Shown piece after piece: positions 1 to 12,463 of a stretch of 64,000 nucleotides of DNA; position 1 is the stretch's first letter, and each line of letters opens with the position of its first letter. The notes beneath the pieces are model-generated. The model searched no databases, had not been told where the DNA came from, and saw only the letters and a list, made by a program, of their open reading frames with translations. Origin of the DNA: Vicugna vicugna (taxonomy: Eukaryota); the NCBI GenBank assembly GCA_013265495.1, contig MU058387.1, positions 744,001 to 808,000 on the forward strand, in the 5' to 3' direction. Made by a program: the position numbers and the translations under genes.

Positions 1-141
1 CCACCCACTTTACTGCCTGGTAACCGTAAGTTTGTTCTCATAAGCCACCTAATTCTGGGGTGGAGATTTTCTTTTCCAAATAGGTCCTAGTGGAGCTCTG
101 AGTAAAGCACACATTGTAATGACTGTGACATGAAGGAGGTA

Positions 142-280
142 TTTTTCTTTTTTATTTTAATTTTTTTTATGGGGGAAGGTAATTAGGTTTACTTATTATT
201 TATTTTAATGGAGGTACTGGGGATTGAACCCTGGACCTCATGATTGCTAAGCACACGCTCTACTGCTGAACCCTCCCCTC
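142..280 (-). mobile_element. tRNA-Ala-derived camelid SINE (Vic-1 type)
   Basis: + strand reads T-rich tail, GGGGGAAGGTAATTAGGTTT linker, then GGAGGTACTGGGGATTGAACCC...GCTAAGCACACGCTCTAC (reverse complement of B box and tRNA-like head); same layout as four other copies in the window. Confidence 0.9.
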
Positions 281-529
281 TCCTCCTAATGTTATTCTTG
301 CAGAGGTAGAAGGTATGCGTCAGATGATGAAGAAGTCTTTTTCATTCATTCAGGAGATGTTTTTTACTGCTTACCACGTACCAGGCAGGGAGTAAGACTG
401 GGGAGCCCCTCCACTGAGGCTGCCCAGGCTGGGGAGGAGAGAGGAGGCATAAACTTAATTGCAGGGCAGTTTCATACAGGATTGAAGACAGTGCAGTCGA
501 CCTGGGTAAATGCGGCGGGAATGCGTAGT

Positions 530-770
530 ACTGAGAAGAGCTTTGTGTTGAGAGAGGGAGGATCTTGGGTTCTAAGCCTGGCTCTGTCACTTGCACATTT
601 TGTAAACTTGGGTGGGAACCTTTTTAAACGTCTTTCAGTCTTCGTCTCCTCAAGTCGAAAATGGGAGGAAATACTTTCTGCTCACAGAGCTGTTCTCCTA
701 AGGACAGAGATAATTATGTAAACCATCCCCCTGTCTGGCACACAGTAGAGGCTTAATAAATGCTGACTGC
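530..770 (+). mobile_element. MIR SINE, degenerate
   Basis: CTTGGGTTCTAAGCCTGGCTCTGTCACTTG...AAAATGGGAGG...TCTGGCACACAGTAGAGGCTTAATAAATG resembles MIR head, core and 3' end; approximate ends. Confidence 0.7.
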
Positions 771-1133
771 TGAGCCTTCTCTCTCTGAAATGATAATAGT
801 TCCATTATGTTACTCTCTCCCTCTACAAATACCTTGGCATTTCTCTGGAATCCCAAAGAAGGCTTTTGAGCCCTTAAACTGTTCACTCACAGGATCCAGC
901 CTCTTCTGCAAAATAAAATTTTGTTTTTTACGCACGTAACAGAGCGTGAAGAAAGCGGAGCGAATTGCAGTCCCCGCAGTGGCAGGACTAGCGTGTAGCC
1001 CCTGGGGTCCAGTGTGTGGGCTGATGCTGTGACAGGACACAGGGCGAAGGGACGGGGACCAAAAAGAGGACTTGTCTCAGTTTGGGGAATCAGAAGGCGG
1101 TGCCAGCTGGATCCTGCCTGACTTGTAATTTTT

Positions 1134-1322
1134 TTTGTTTTAATTGAAGTATAGTCAGTTACAATGTGTCAATTTCTGGTGTGCAGCATAATGTCCCATC
1201 ATGTATATACACACCTATATCCGTTTTCATATTCTTTTTCATTAAAGGTTATTACAAGACATTGAATAGAGTTCCCTGTGCTATGCAGAAGAAAGTTGTT
1301 TTTTTTTTAATCTATTTTTATA
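1134..1322 (-). mobile_element. 5'-truncated L1 3' end with target-site duplication
   Basis: TTTTAATTGAAGTATAGTCAGTTACAATGTGTCAATTTCTGGTGTGCAGCATA...GTTCCCTGTGCTATGCAG is the antisense cetartiodactyl-type L1 3' UTR; flanked by TGACTTGTAATTTTT (1119-1133) and TGACTTGTAGTTTTT (1323-1337). Confidence 0.9.
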
Positions 1323-2519
1323 TGACTTGTAGTTTTTTCGTTCATTGAAAGCATCGCCTTTGACACCCCCCATTGACATCCATAACGCCCTCCACGGGGA
1401 CAGTACCTGTGACAGGACCTCCCATGTCTCGCCTCTGACACTGGACGCAAAAAATGAGCTGTGATTATTATTATGTCTCTGCTGATCTACAGATATTTTT
1501 ATCGGAGTGAATTGTAAACACGTGCTTCACACAATTCATCTCACACACACGACTCTTGGCAGAGTCAAGAAGATATTTTATTGTAGAAGATTTAACACGT
1601 AAATTATTGTTATGTTTATATAATGCTTACTCTGGTTATAGAATGATTATACCTTGCTTGTGTCATGAGAGATGTTAGAAGCAGAATAATGCTTCTAACT
1701 ACTGGGTTATCATTTCTGTGTGGAAATACTTTCAGAAAGCCATTTTCAATTAATTTAAGTGAAGGAGCTTCTTGCTGCTTCTGTGTCAGATACTTCTGAA
1801 CAATACAGCATTCAGAGGCACCGGTCAGGATACACAATGCTGGAGTTATTTTTCGTTTCTCATTATGATTGCATGTGTATAGAGTATAATTTTTGTATTT
1901 GACTCAGCAATTGAGATTTGATTCTTTTTTTTTTTTTTTTTGGCTTTTAAATTGATGTAGGGAGGTTATATTTAACAAGATGTTAGGTGCCCCCAACTTC
2001 CAGGTTCCGAAACACAGAAGCTTTTCCTGTTAAAAAGTCACATCATGTATACACAGTCTATATACATGTGCTTGATCAAACTGGAGCAGAGAGAGGCAGG
2101 CACTAGAATGTACTTTGCAAGCCCTTAACATCTAAGTAAGTAGCTTCTGAACCAACATTCCACGCAACATAAAACAATAAGACCTTGTTTTTGCTACTTT
2201 AGAACATGTAAGAGAGATTAAAATTCTTTGGGAAATGGTTTAAAAAATTTTTTTTTTTTTACCCAAATAGGTAAGGAACAAGTCCAGTAGTGCTGACAGC
2301 AGTGGAATTTAAAACTCAATTCTAATAATCTCTGAGTCCCGAAAGAATGCAAGGCAGACATCCATTCAGGTCATGAGCTTGTAACGGGGGATTTGACAGA
2401 GATTGTTTTATTTTACCTTGTGCCAGACACCATGCTAAGTTTTGTGCTGAGCATTTGGGATACTGTTTCAAAGACAGCCTCGTCCCTACTCATCAAGAAA
2501 GCTGATGGATTGACCTGGA

Positions 2520-2680
2520 GTCACGCTTTTCCAGATTTGACTCATCCATCTGAATTAACTGGAGGAGCTGGTTAAAAATGCAGGTTCCTGTGCCTGAGGC
2601 CTGGAGGTCCTGATTTATTAGGTCTGTGATGAAGCCTGGGAATGTGGATGTTCAAAAGTTCCCAGGGTTGGAGATCACTA
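2520..2680. mobile_element. MER5-like hAT-Charlie relic
   Basis: GAATTAACTGGAGGAGCTGGTTAAAAATGCAGGTTCCTG...GGTCTG...GCCTGGGAATGTGGATGTTCAAAAGTTCCCAGGGTTGGAGATCACT resembles MER5A-family consensus; old and diverged. Confidence 0.55.
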
Positions 2681-2959
2681 ACCGATCATTTTTAGAATTT
2701 TTTCTGACCCAGAGACTCGGTGGTTTCATAGTTGTCTGGTTCAGAGCCACTTGTGAGTTTCTGAAAGTATTTTTATATATATTTTGCCACATAGGAAATA
2801 CTGCTTCATTTAACCCAACTCTTCTAGGGGAACCTTGAGAGGGACCAGATGTTGGCTGGTTTCACTCTTGGAAGCCATAGTCTCCCATGTGGTTTCTCCA
2901 CCATTTGTCAGTATCCGTTACACCATGGTACTGTACCATTCTTGGTGTCCCCAGAGTTA

Positions 2960-3490
2960 ATTCCCTGAAAAGCCAAATCACATCATATTACTAGTCCCCT
3001 ACCACTTGGATTCCTTGTCCCTCTGGAAAGAACCCGTCCAAACCTGTTAGCATGACATGTGAGATCCATGACAGTCTGGATCTCAAACCATCACTCAGGC
3101 CTCATTCTTAATCAGGCATCCATCCTCTGCACCCATGTTCCAACCAACGGTGGTAACTTAGCCTCTTGACACAGCCTTTCCCATGTTGTTTACCATTTAC
3201 TTAGAATATCAGCTGCCCACTCTCCATTTGGCAAACTCTTTTCCTTTAAGACCCACAGGAATGTCACCTTCCCTCCCAATGGAAATCAATCATTCCTTTC
3301 TCTGGGCTTCTGTGGAGTTTCCTTGTCCCTTTGTTAGTTCCCTGCTGATGTTGTATTGTAATAGGTCTGTTCATGTGTCTGTCTCTCCCAATAGATGCCA
3401 AGAACTTTGGCTCATTCGTCCCATCTCTCTGGTGCTAACAGTCGTGCTCAGTTCCCCAGGTTCTGCATATATGTAATTGAAGGAATAAGT
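2960..3490 (+). mobile_element. L2 LINE 3' fragment
   Basis: Pyrimidine-rich stretch ending TTGTATTGTAAT...TGTCTGTCTCTCCCAATAGATG...GTGCTAACAGTCGTGCTCAG...TGAAGGAATAAG, resembling an L2 3' end; approximate. Confidence 0.55.
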
Positions 3491-6400
3491 ACGTAATTGT
3501 TCTGGACAATCTTGGAAGACAGGAAGAGTCATAATCTAGCGATAGGGACTGCTGCTTCAGAAGTGCTCTTCATTCCCATAGATCGGTTGCCCAGTGTGGG
3601 AGGGAGATACAGCCGCCACCATGCTGCCTGACTCTAAGCAGGCTTGTCAGGCAGCCCAGCCCTGTCACCCAACCCTGATCGGAATCAGGCTCTCCAAGCC
3701 ACACGTGAGGCGGTTTCAGATGCCACACTGGAAGACCTGTTTAATGAAGAGCGCATTTTGCTTCATGAAATATCTTTCTTGGCACCAATTAAAACCATCA
3801 GTTAAGTAGATGTTCACGCAGATGTAGTGCCCGTAAAATGAGAAACTTAACTCATAGTGTTAACTTTGTGTGTCTTTCCTGGGATAATTAGAGAGCAAAG
3901 CAAAGAACTCGTGAAACTTCTATGTATTTGCTCTCTTTTTCGTATTTTTTTGCTCTTTGTTTTGATTTTGTTTATTTTATCTTAGGCGCATTATTTCCTG
4001 ATGGAGATACCTGTCTGAGGAACGAGGGCCCTCCAGATTGGAGAAAAGAGGACTAGAGATCACAGATCCTTAATCACTCTGTCTCCACAAAACAGGATCC
4101 GCCTTAGTCCTTGTGATTTGTGCATGCAAAGGTTACAGTACATTGTAAACTTGGGTGGCTCCGTGTGATCACGATGGTGACAGAAGTAGGGCTCTAAGTC
4201 CTTCTTGTTGGCCAAAAGGAAGTACTAACACCTTGCTGCTTTCTTTGTGGATTATCGATTGATGGACAGGGGGGACTTCGCTTGCGTGTGCACCCATATG
4301 CACACAATCTGGTCCCTCCTCCCCCCCCTTTTTTTAGCAAAATTTTCAGTGGCTAAAAAGAGTAGAAGATGGCGGAGCACGTTTTGATATGCCCCCACCT
4401 TCCCCCTTGCTCCCTGCTGGGCTGTCTGTGCACTGGCAACGCTTCCCATGCCAACAGGAGACACATGGAATACCCTCTGTGTTGGCTTTTGATAAACCCC
4501 TCTGCTTAACTCCAGGGGCTTGTAGCAACCCCCCGGGGGATCTTACAGTGTTAATTTATGGGACTGTTTAGAAGCAATATGCTTTCCTGATTCTTGAATC
4601 ACACTGAGTATCAGTAAGGCCACATTCTCATCTTGGGAGAGTCATAATAATGGTAATAATAAATAATAATTAACAACCATAATTGTACTGATTATAGATA
4701 TAGTTTATTTACGGTGCTGCTTATGCACTCTGGGTAATAACTCTATAATAATATAGATTATATTCTATAATCTTTTTTATTATGTGTTTTATTCTATATG
4801 TTATATAATACAGAGTCCTATTATAGCACTCTATAATAAACGTGATCTATATTATCACATTTAAACATTCACAAAAACCCTGTATAGTAGGTTCTGTTTA
4901 GTAATACCGCTCATAACCCCTGTGCGTAAGCACAGGAAAACTGAAGTAGAGAGAATTGCCTTAGATGGCTTATTTTGTATTTTGTAGTTGCTGTTAATTA
5001 GTTTTAGAGGATAAGTGAGCACTGGGTGGGTTCCAAAATCCACTCTTAAGTTTGTTTTTCCATGTCTTAAAATTCTGGAGTGATGGCTCACTGTCCACAA
5101 ACCTCTAGCTTTCCATATTTGACTTTTTAAGAGGTAACTACCTGAGAAGGCATTATTTACTCTTTGCCATTTTCGATTGAAAACAATTCTAGGGGCTCTC
5201 AATGTATTTCTGTAAAATGGGAAGAGAGAAGAATCACTCATTGCAAAAGGAAGCGTGACAACGTCTTAGCATGTTTTCAGTGCTAACGAAAGTTTGTGGG
5301 GAAGTACCTCGTGATTAAGGAGGTAGTTACTGGAAAGAACACTCTCTATTCCTTTACCCTTTTACCAGCGCTACTAATAAAAGGTTATATGGATGGATTT
5401 GAGATTCACCTCTTTTTCCCTGTGGAGGTGAAAATGGACAACGGAAGGACCAGAGGGCAGATAGTAGCATAGAGCCTGGAAATGATGGAGAATTGATCGT
5501 GTTATAAACAGGTGAGATTCTCTCCTTTTCTGAATCTATGGAATTGCTCAGGCGGTGGATCCTGTTGAGTAAAAAAATGACCCAGAGAGGGTCTGGGAAG
5601 GGCTGTTCCAAGTTGATAATTAGACCGTAAGCTCGGCGTGTGCTTACAAGTCTTCCCCTGCTGAATTTGATTCTGGCCGTCCCTCCCTGTTTGCCCCTTC
5701 TGCTGATGCACTCATTTCTGCATGTATACACATTGTGTTTTATGCATTCGGGATTGTAATTAAGGCCCTTCAGTTATTTATCCTTCCTTGTTCCTTGTAA
5801 GTATTCTCAGTTCTGTTTACATTAAGTGATCCATGCCTTAATTCCTTCATTTCCCTTTAGGCAGCTAGACCACGGCTGCTCTTGCTTCTGTGTTCTCTTG
5901 GTCACCCGGGGCGCGTTATCTGTCATGAAACTACTGTGGATGGAGTGGCATAAGGTGCTTTCTGAGCTGGGTCGGTCTGGATGGGCTCACTGAAGGGGTG
6001 GTCTATGAGAGCAGACTCTGCCCAGGTGTGGTAGCCGTTTGGTGACTGACTCCCCAGCTTCAGGACCGCATGAAAACACCAGTTGTGTTTGGCACCCTTC
6101 CAGTGAATTCTGGGGAGTTTCTGTCTGTGACAGTGGAAGTCTAGCTGAGTTGGGTGGAACCGTTAGCTGTCTGCAGGTTGCAACTGAGGCGCGATCAGGC
6201 CATGTGAACTGAACGGAAACCTCCCCGCGTCAGTCTTGCTGGAAGTGGCTGCCTGGTCTGCCTGGACCACATGCGTCTGTAAAGGATCAGCCTGAGACTC
6301 AGGGTCACTCTTTCCTCTCCACTCCGAGTGCTGGCTGCACTTGGGTTTTCTGCTGGGCTTGTGTCGTCGGTATGCTTCAGAGTGAGCTAAACATTCTGAA

Positions 6401-7469
6401 CCATGTCCTGTTCTGCTTAATTCATGCTGCTTTATTCAACAGGATCCACTGTCTGGACCCACTGCTTCGAGTCATCTTTGATGATGCCCTTTCGCTCATT
6501 TTCAACAGTTCTGTCACTAGTTTCATGTGTCTCTTAAGAATCTGCCTTAGCCCTTTCACTTTGGTTCTGTGGTCGTTAAGCCCACACATGCTTTCCTCCC
6601 CTGATCTGCACACCATAGTTTCTCCTCCTCATTTCCATGCTGATGGTACTACTTTCCGTTATTCACAGGGTCAAGTGCACACTTTTGAGTTTGATGCCCA
6701 AGGCCATTCTTTTTGTACTTCTCTGTATCTTCCCAAAGAAAGTCGATCTTCTCTTCTGAACTGTGTCTAGGGTGTGCGCCCTTACTTTTGTCTTGATATC
6801 AGTCTCATTGTCGTGTGAAATTTTACCAGGTGCTGTGTGTCTACTGTCCGGGAGCTCATTTAGGGCAAAGGTAGTACATGTTTGAGGAGCTTAAATTGAA
6901 CTCAGGGCTCAGTCCCCAACCTACCTCTGAAACTTACAGCATGAGTCCATCTCTTCCTTTCCGAATACTGCTTCTCATCATTTTCAGTGTTGAGTGAATT
7001 CCTATTAACAGAGTTTGCAGAAATAATGCTTCCATATTTGAATTTTCAAGTTATCTAATAGAAGCTTCCTTTGTTCTCCCTGTGGAACACTTTGCCAAAG
7101 CAGTGTGCTCTTGATTTGAAAACAGGAAGGTAGAACATTCCACCAGCATCATGAGCCCTCTGTTTATATTTGTGAAATCTGTAGTCTTCCCAGGCCTCTA
7201 GGCAAGAGCGAATAGAAATAATCAGAGGCATTAGACTCGATGATGTTGAGTTGGATTCTCAACAAAGGCTTGAGAGCCAGAATTAGTGGTGTGCTAGTTT
7301 ATACTGAAAGAGATGCTTGCGATATTGCAAAACCGTAGTCTCCAGCTTGCTGGAATCTTTGAAGACATCTGGATGTTTTGAAAACCGCAACAATCACAGG
7401 CTTTTTTATTATCTCCGTAATTGTTTTCTTTTTAACAGGGAGCTGCATCATGACAGAGAGTAGGGGAGT

Positions 7470-7640
7470 GATGGAAAGGCAGCAGAGTTGGGGTTCAGGC
7501 GGTTGGATTTGAATCTGGTCCTGCCTCAGCCAGCTGGGGAAACTCGAGCATGTTTCTTCACCTTGGTGTCTACGTCCTCAATTTTAAATAGAGGAAAAAT
7601 ACGCATCTCATAGGATCTGTGTGATGAACGACACACACCA
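7470..7640 (+). mobile_element. MIR SINE
   Basis: GGATTTGAATCTGGTCCTGCC...CCTCAATTTTAAATAGAGG...CATCTCATAGGATCTGTGTGATG; approximate. Confidence 0.55.
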
Positions 7641-9569
7641 AAGACTAGGAGGCGTTTTTCTTCTCCTTTCTATGTCTCTCCCCTTCAGCACTTCAACTTG
7701 AAATAATATGAACGCCGTGGTTTGTAAGTGGCTGTTTTTTTCCTGCATAGAGAAGGCAGTTCCGTAATACTGTCACTGTTTCCCCGCAGGGTCTCTGTGG
7801 GGCCACAATGCCTCTTGTCCAATTTCTCCATAACAGTATTTATTTCTGGGGTCCAGAGAGGATGCAATACCTGGGAAATAATCATCACTCTGTCTCAATT
7901 AGGACACTCACTGTTGAAGGACTCTTAAAATCCCTTTGCTTTCTGGGCAAAAAAGAAATCTTTCCAGCAGTCTTATCACCTCAAAAACAGTGGGTATCAT
8001 GGATTATTAGAAAGGAATTACCCGAAGAGCATGCTCTTAAAAACAACTGCCTGCAGAGAAGTCTGTCTTATCAACAAATGAAAAAAGAAAAAAAAAAGGA
8101 ATTTTTCTCCAAAATTTTAGCTTGTCGCTATACACATGAAAGTAGCAATGCTCATAATATATTCTGTGGGGACATTGCTGCGAATGTTTCCAGTAGGTGA
8201 AATTCTCAAGTAGGAGCTTCTATGAATGAGCGCTAACTCTTCAAGAACACTAGGGAATGTCTGTTAGGAAGCAGGTAAACAGCAAAATTAAAGCTGTTAC
8301 AAAAAGAGAAGAGGAAAAACAGGTAAACCAAGCAAATAATTTTATTGCAGACCACAATGTGGAAACTATGATGGGATGGGAGAAACATTTCATTTAGTGT
8401 GAATGACCAGTGTCATTGCAATTGGCTAATGAACGTGTTTTCTTTTTCTGCATAATATTAGTGCCATCCAAAGTTATGAAGGTGTTTTTCATATCAAAAT
8501 CCCACAGCCACACAAAATTACATTCATAGACTTATTTCCTGGTGGAAAATCAGTGTTGTTCTAGCTTTTGCTTAGATTCCAATTTAAAGGGTTGGCTGCC
8601 GTCTGGAAACACAAAGTTAGGAGATAAAGAAGGATCTATACAATGTGATTTTTTTTTTTTGTAACCCTTAACAAACTAGTGTTAGTGCTTCCCTTGATTA
8701 CATGTTTCTTTGTGTGGAAGTGTTGATCTTCTCATATAAAATACTTGGGAAATTTGGAAGGGATTTCATGGGAGAATTTGCATTTCCTTCATTAGTGATT
8801 TTTCAAGTAATAAGAATCATCATCCTGATGGCGTAGCTTGAATTTGGTCTCCTCTGAGAGGCGTGCAAGCAATCTGGCTTTTCCCTGCCCCCCTCTTGTT
8901 TCATGATTCTTAATTTCTAGGATCATTAGTGGAATTTCTGTGAAAATATATGGCAAATAGACTCCTAAAGAAATGAGTATTCAGATGATTATCCATCCTT
9001 AAGTGACAGAGATTTGTAAACAGTGGGACATGGAGAGAAATCCTTGATTTCATTTGAGAGTAGTTTGGGTGTGATTGTGACTCTGCCTCTTTGCCAGAAC
9101 GCCTAACAAAAAGATGAAAGGAGTGAAACTTCAAGTCCCATTTGTTTCTTTCTTCACAATGTAGGGCACGTTGCTGATGGAAGAGTGGTCCTTGGAGTCT
9201 CTGAAATGTGGTGAACAGGACCACGAGGCCATCATTGAAGCGATATAAGGAATGGGGTTGTTTGGAAAAATGAAATGGAGGTGGGGAGTGGGAGCTTAAG
9301 AAGGGCACAGGCATGCCACTGGTAGGGATGACCTTCTAGGATCTCCTTTTCTGTATATGGAAGCTCTTTGCCTTCCCCAATGGATGATTATAGAGAATTC
9401 ATTGAAAAATGAAATGTTTGCTCTCTTCATGTCACTCTGTGATTTCACTCTGTAGAGCCCAGGTGATCGCACTGGACGCTCCTGTGCTGTTTTGTAAGAG
9501 TGGATCACAGGGGGAGTACCTGTGGTTGTGGGCACATCCAAGCACGACTCCAGGTAGAGGGAATGTCAT

Positions 9570-9780
9570 GTACAGCATGGTGCTTCGGTGCTGGAATTAG
9601 GTGGGTCTGAGTTTGAATCCAGCTCTACTATGACCTGTGTAACTTCGGGCAAATTACACATTTTAGCTAAGCGTCTTGTATAAAATGAAGGCAGTGATAT
9701 TTTATAGAGTTCTTTTAAGGATTAAGAGAAATAAGTTATGCAAAATATTGTGCATAGTAGGATTTTAGTGTATTATTGAC
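9570..9780 (+). mobile_element. MIR SINE
   Basis: CTGAGTTTGAATCCAGCTCTACTATGACCTGTGTAACTTCGGGCAAATTAC...TATAAAATGAAGG...AGGATTAAGAGA. Confidence 0.7.
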
Positions 9781-10514
9781 TTCATGTGTGTTTGGCTAAT
9801 TACCACTGTAGCCTAAGTTCTTTAATGAATGGATGGAGGAGCGCGAGCATGAATGGAAGCATGTGTATGATCTGCCTGGAAATCCCTGAAGGATTCATTT
9901 TATTTAAGATCACAGTGGATCCTAATGGAATAACTGAAGATTTAATTTAATTACTGCCAGAGAGAAAGCATGACATGAAGGGAGAAACTTGAAGATGGGA
10001 ACTGTTTTTCATACTCCTTTCCATTTTTGTAATTCCTGTTTCTTTTATTTCTTAAAGCTTTCAGTTTGGTTATAGCATTTCACTTCCATGTCTCCTGGAA
10101 TCGGGTTTTGGGGGGATCTGCCACGAATGCTCTCATAGATTCCCAGACAGGAAAATGCAACACTGAAGGTCATGTCCATTTCTGTTCTGTGTAGCTCTGT
10201 ACCAAATAGTCATCTTCTCAACAACTAGTGCCAGGAGGGGGACTCGACCAGCAGTGTGGGGTAAGCAAAAGATCTGTAGGCGGGTGGGCAGAAGGTCTGA
10301 ATTCGAGTTTTTGTGTTGTCTCTAAAAAAAATTTTTTTTGATTCCTGTCGATTTACCCAACCCTCTGGAGCCTCCGTTTCTTTCTTTCTTTAGACTGGGC
10401 AGTTCTCAGAATTCTCAAATTCTCAGAATCGAGGGAGCCAGTGCTAGTGGGTTGGAAGGAGCCTGGCTCTTGATCAGATCTGCTTGGGCTTCTGGCTGTC
10501 CTCACTGCCCCACA

Positions 10515-10690
10515 GCTCTGGCACCTTGGCAAGGTCCTTAATCTCTCTATAAGTCTCACTTTTCTCATCTGTGCAGTGGGGATCGCAAAAGTAAAACCTT
10601 CGTTTAGACATTGCCATGAGGATTAAATGAAGTAATCCACACGGGGCGTTTAGCAGCTGGTGCACTTATGTGCTCAGTAAATACTAACAC
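10515..10690 (+). mobile_element. MIR SINE
   Basis: CCTTGGCAAGGTCCTTAATCTCTCT...TTTTCTCATCTGTGCAGTGGGGAT...GAGGATTAAATGAAGTAAT...GTGCTCAGTAAATA (MIR core and tail). Confidence 0.75.
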
Positions 10691-10760
10691 GTCTTTCAAC
10701 ATGGCTTACTCATAAAAAGGTAAGGTAAATATCAATGATGTTTTCAAACAGCAATAGATT

Positions 10761-11421
10761 TTTTAAATGTTTTTAAAAAATTTTTTATTGAAGTGTAGTC
10801 AGTTCACAATGTTGTGTTAATTTCTGGTGTACAGCATAGTAATTCATTTATACATATATACATATATTCATTCCTTTTCATATTCTTTTTCATTATAGGC
10901 CAATACAAGGTATCAAGTATAGTTTCCTATGCTATACAGTAGGACCCTGTTATTTATCTATTTTATATATCGTAGTTAATATCTATAAAATCCAAACTCC
11001 CAATTTATCTCTCCCAGGGCCCTTTCCACCCTGGGAACCATAAGTTTTTTTGTGTCTGTGAGTCTGTTTCTGTTTTGTAATTAATTTCATTTGTGTCCTT
11101 TTTTTTTTCACTGGAGTCTACATATAAGCAGTATCATATGGTATTTTTCTTTCTCTTTAGCTTACCTCACTTAGTATGAAAATCTCCAGGTCCATCCACA
11201 TTGCTGCAAATGGCGTTATTTTATTCCTTCTTTATGGCTGAGTAGTATTCCATTGTAGAAATATACCACAGCTTCTTTATCCAGTCATTCGTCAGTGGAC
11301 ACTTAGGTTGTTTCCATGTCTTGGCTATTGTATATGGTGCTGCTATGAACACTGGGGTGCTTGTATCTTTTCAAATTAGAGTTTCCTGCAGATACGTGCT
11401 TAGGAATGGGATTGCTGGATG
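10761..11421 (-). mobile_element. L1 3' fragment (about 660 bp: 3' UTR plus end of ORF2 region)
   Basis: TTTTTTATTGAAGTGTAGTCAG...CTTACCTCACTTAGTATGAAAATCTCCAGGTCCATCCACATTGCTGCAAATGGC...GGACACTTAGGTTGTTTCCATGTCTTGGCTATTG...GGAATGGGATTGCTGGAT, classic antisense L1; possible short TSD ATAGATT (10754-10760 / 11422-11428). Confidence 0.93.
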
Positions 11422-11448
11422 ATAGATTCATCAGAGATTGGGGGAGGG

Positions 11449-12463
11449 AAGGAGTGAGAGAGGAAGAAGGAGGGAAGGAAAGATTGAGGGAGAAAGCTTA
11501 CTTCTGTTAGGTGGTTATAAGAAGTTTTGGTGGTGGTGGTGGTGGTGGTGGTGGCGGTTCTGTGTTGTAATTTTGGGAAAGAATAGAACCTTTTGCCCTA
11601 TTGAAGACACGGCATAGCAGATGACTCCAGGAGCGCATCAAACCATTGCTTTGCCTGTGTACTTGACGCAGGGGTCCAAACTACTGTAAAAACAGCATGG
11701 ATTCAGTTTTAACTCATCAGCTTATTAGGTAGGGCACATATTTCCAAATGTGATTTTGAGGATTTCAATTGAAAGGAAAGTCTCATCAGGAACAGAAAGC
11801 CGGCCTCCCTTCTTGTTTTCATTCTCATGTAGAAGAAAGAGGGCAACATTTCATTTTTTTTTCCTTTTTCAAAGAGTGGAACTTAGAGGGCTTCCTTACG
11901 AATTACGCTCTGCAGGACACATAAGTTTAAGTAAAAAAAAAAAAAAAAATTCATGAAAGGAGTGAGAGAGGAAGAAGGAGGGAAGGAAAGATTGAGGGAG
12001 AAAGCTTACTTCTGTTAGGTGGTTATAAGAAGTTTTGGTGGTGGTGGTGGTGGTGGTGGTGGCGGTTCTGTGTTGTAATTTTGGGAAAGAATAGAACCTT
12101 TTGCCCTATTGAAGACACGGCATAGCAGATGACTCCAGGAGCGCATCAAACCATTGCTTTGCCTGTGTACTTGACGCAGGGGTCCAAACTACTGTAAAAA
12201 CAGCATGGATTCAGTTTTAACTCATCAGCTTATTAGGTAGGGCACATATTTCCAAATGTGATTTTGAGGATTTCAATTGAAAGGAAAGTCTCATCAGGAA
12301 CAGAAAGCCGGCCTCCCTTCTTGTTTTCATTCTCATGTAGAAGAAAGAGGGCAACATTTCATTTTTTTTTCCTTTTTCAAAGAGTGGAACTTAGAGGGCT
12401 TCCTTACGAATTACGCTCTGCAGGACACATAAGTTTAAGTAAAAAAAAAAAAAAGATTCATGA
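11449..12463 (+). repeat. Head-to-tail tandem duplication, 508 bp + 507 bp
   Basis: 11449-11956 is repeated at 11957-12463. By eye the copies are identical, including (GGT)8, except in the terminal A tract (A17 vs A14GA). ORFs 11750 and 12258 are offset by exactly 508. Confidence 0.97.

Noticed and set aside
3930..4060. Long polypyrimidine tract and TTAG|G acceptor-like site at 3985
   Set aside because: All three frames reach a stop within about 70 nt and I see no convincing donor. A non-coding or poison exon cannot be excluded without RNA data.
9135..9250. Acceptor-like TGTAG followed by a short open frame
   Set aside because: Terminates at TAA with no donor, and the peptide is not recognised.
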